The notes beneath the pieces were generated by a model. It was given only the letters and a program-made list of their open reading frames with translations. It searched no databases and was not told where the DNA came from. The position numbers and the translations under genes were made by a program. Below are positions 63,001 to 64,000 of a stretch of 64,000 nucleotides of DNA, one piece after another; the first letter of the stretch is position 1, and each line of letters begins with the position of its first letter. Source of the DNA: Octopus sinensis (taxonomy: Eukaryota); assembly GCF_006345805.1 (NCBI RefSeq), contig NC_043011.1, forward strand, positions 59,656,464 through 59,720,463, read 5' to 3'.

Positions 63001-63640
63001 AAGAGAAAGAAAGAGGGAGAAAGTGACGGAGAGGGAGAGAGAGAAAGCGCTAAAAAGATTGACGTCGTCGGCTGCAGAAACGAAAAGAGCGCAAAACAAC
63101 AACAATAAGCAATAAAAGAAAAAAAACAGTAACAGTTTGAATTTGTGTGAATGAAATTTGGAAGGAAAGTGAAGAAAATAAGCTGGAATAATTGAATAAA
63201 ATTGGACAGCTGAAAGATTGGTATTTGCTTGATGTATATCGAATTTATCGATTGATTATTAGCTTTTAAATTAACGGCCATTTTCATAAACTACCAAGAT
63301 TTAAAAAAAAAAAACACACAAACACAAAAAGAACTTCTTACGGCATTTTATATAATTTGAATTGTTTGTGTGTTTGTTTGGTGCCATTGTTCTTAAATAT
63401 ATTTTTTCCTCTTAGCTGTGGCTTTTTTTTATATATATTTTTTATTTCCTGAGATTTTTATTTGATTCTTCGTTTTTACTTGTGTTTTACGATTTGGTTG
63501 ATAGTTCTTCATATTTTGCAGGACTTTGACGGTTTGACGGTTGATTTTGGTTAATTCCGATTATTATTATTACTACTACTACTACTACTACTATACTACT
63601 ACTACTACTACTACCACCACCACCACCACCACTACTACTA

Positions 63641-63687
<47 letters not shown>

Positions 63688-63922
63688 TAAGGTGGCGAGC
63701 TAGCAGAAGTGTTAGCACGCCGGGCGAAATGCTTAGCGGTATTTCGTCTGTCCTTTATGTTCTGAGTTCAAAATTCCACCGAGGTCGACTTTGCCTTTCA
63801 TCCTTTCGGGGTCGATAAATTAAGTACCACTTGCGTACTGGGATCGATCTAATCGACTGGATCCCTCGACCAAAATTTCGAGCCTTGTGCCTAGAGTAAA
63901 AAAGAATATTATCAGTAGAAAA

Positions 63923-63976
<54 letters not shown>

Positions 63977-64000
63977 CCAAGACAGTGAGCAGGCAGAATC

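Overview
AT-rich, microsatellite-saturated eukaryotic genomic DNA. Its tRNA-derived SINEs, RTE LINEs and (TA)n/(TATG)n/(CAT)n tracts look like a coleoid cephalopod (octopus) genome; this is inferred from repeat types, not looked up. Most ORF-track entries are microsatellite artefacts. One host gene can be rebuilt by hand on the minus strand from phase-compatible GT-AG exons (43452-43524, 38061-38253, 37831-37954, 36168-36323, 34969-35102). It encodes a ~226-aa securin-like protein with a KEN box, two D-boxes, a DIE motif and an acidic tail. It carries a 1-nt frameshift in a homopolymer that would hide it from automatic annotation. The rest is repeat: at least four tRNA-SINE families, RTE, CR1-like and CRE-like LINE fragments, hAT and mariner transposase relics, a Merlin-like MITE and an unclassified MITE with a CCAGG duplication. 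Main observations: hammerhead-ribozyme motifs in Penelope-like terminal repeats, including one fused to a tRNA-type SINE head; repeated fold-back inverted duplications beside (TA)n; a pre-miRNA-like hairpin; a TSD-bounded multimeric SINE; and a SINE sharing its 3' tail with a CR1-like LINE.
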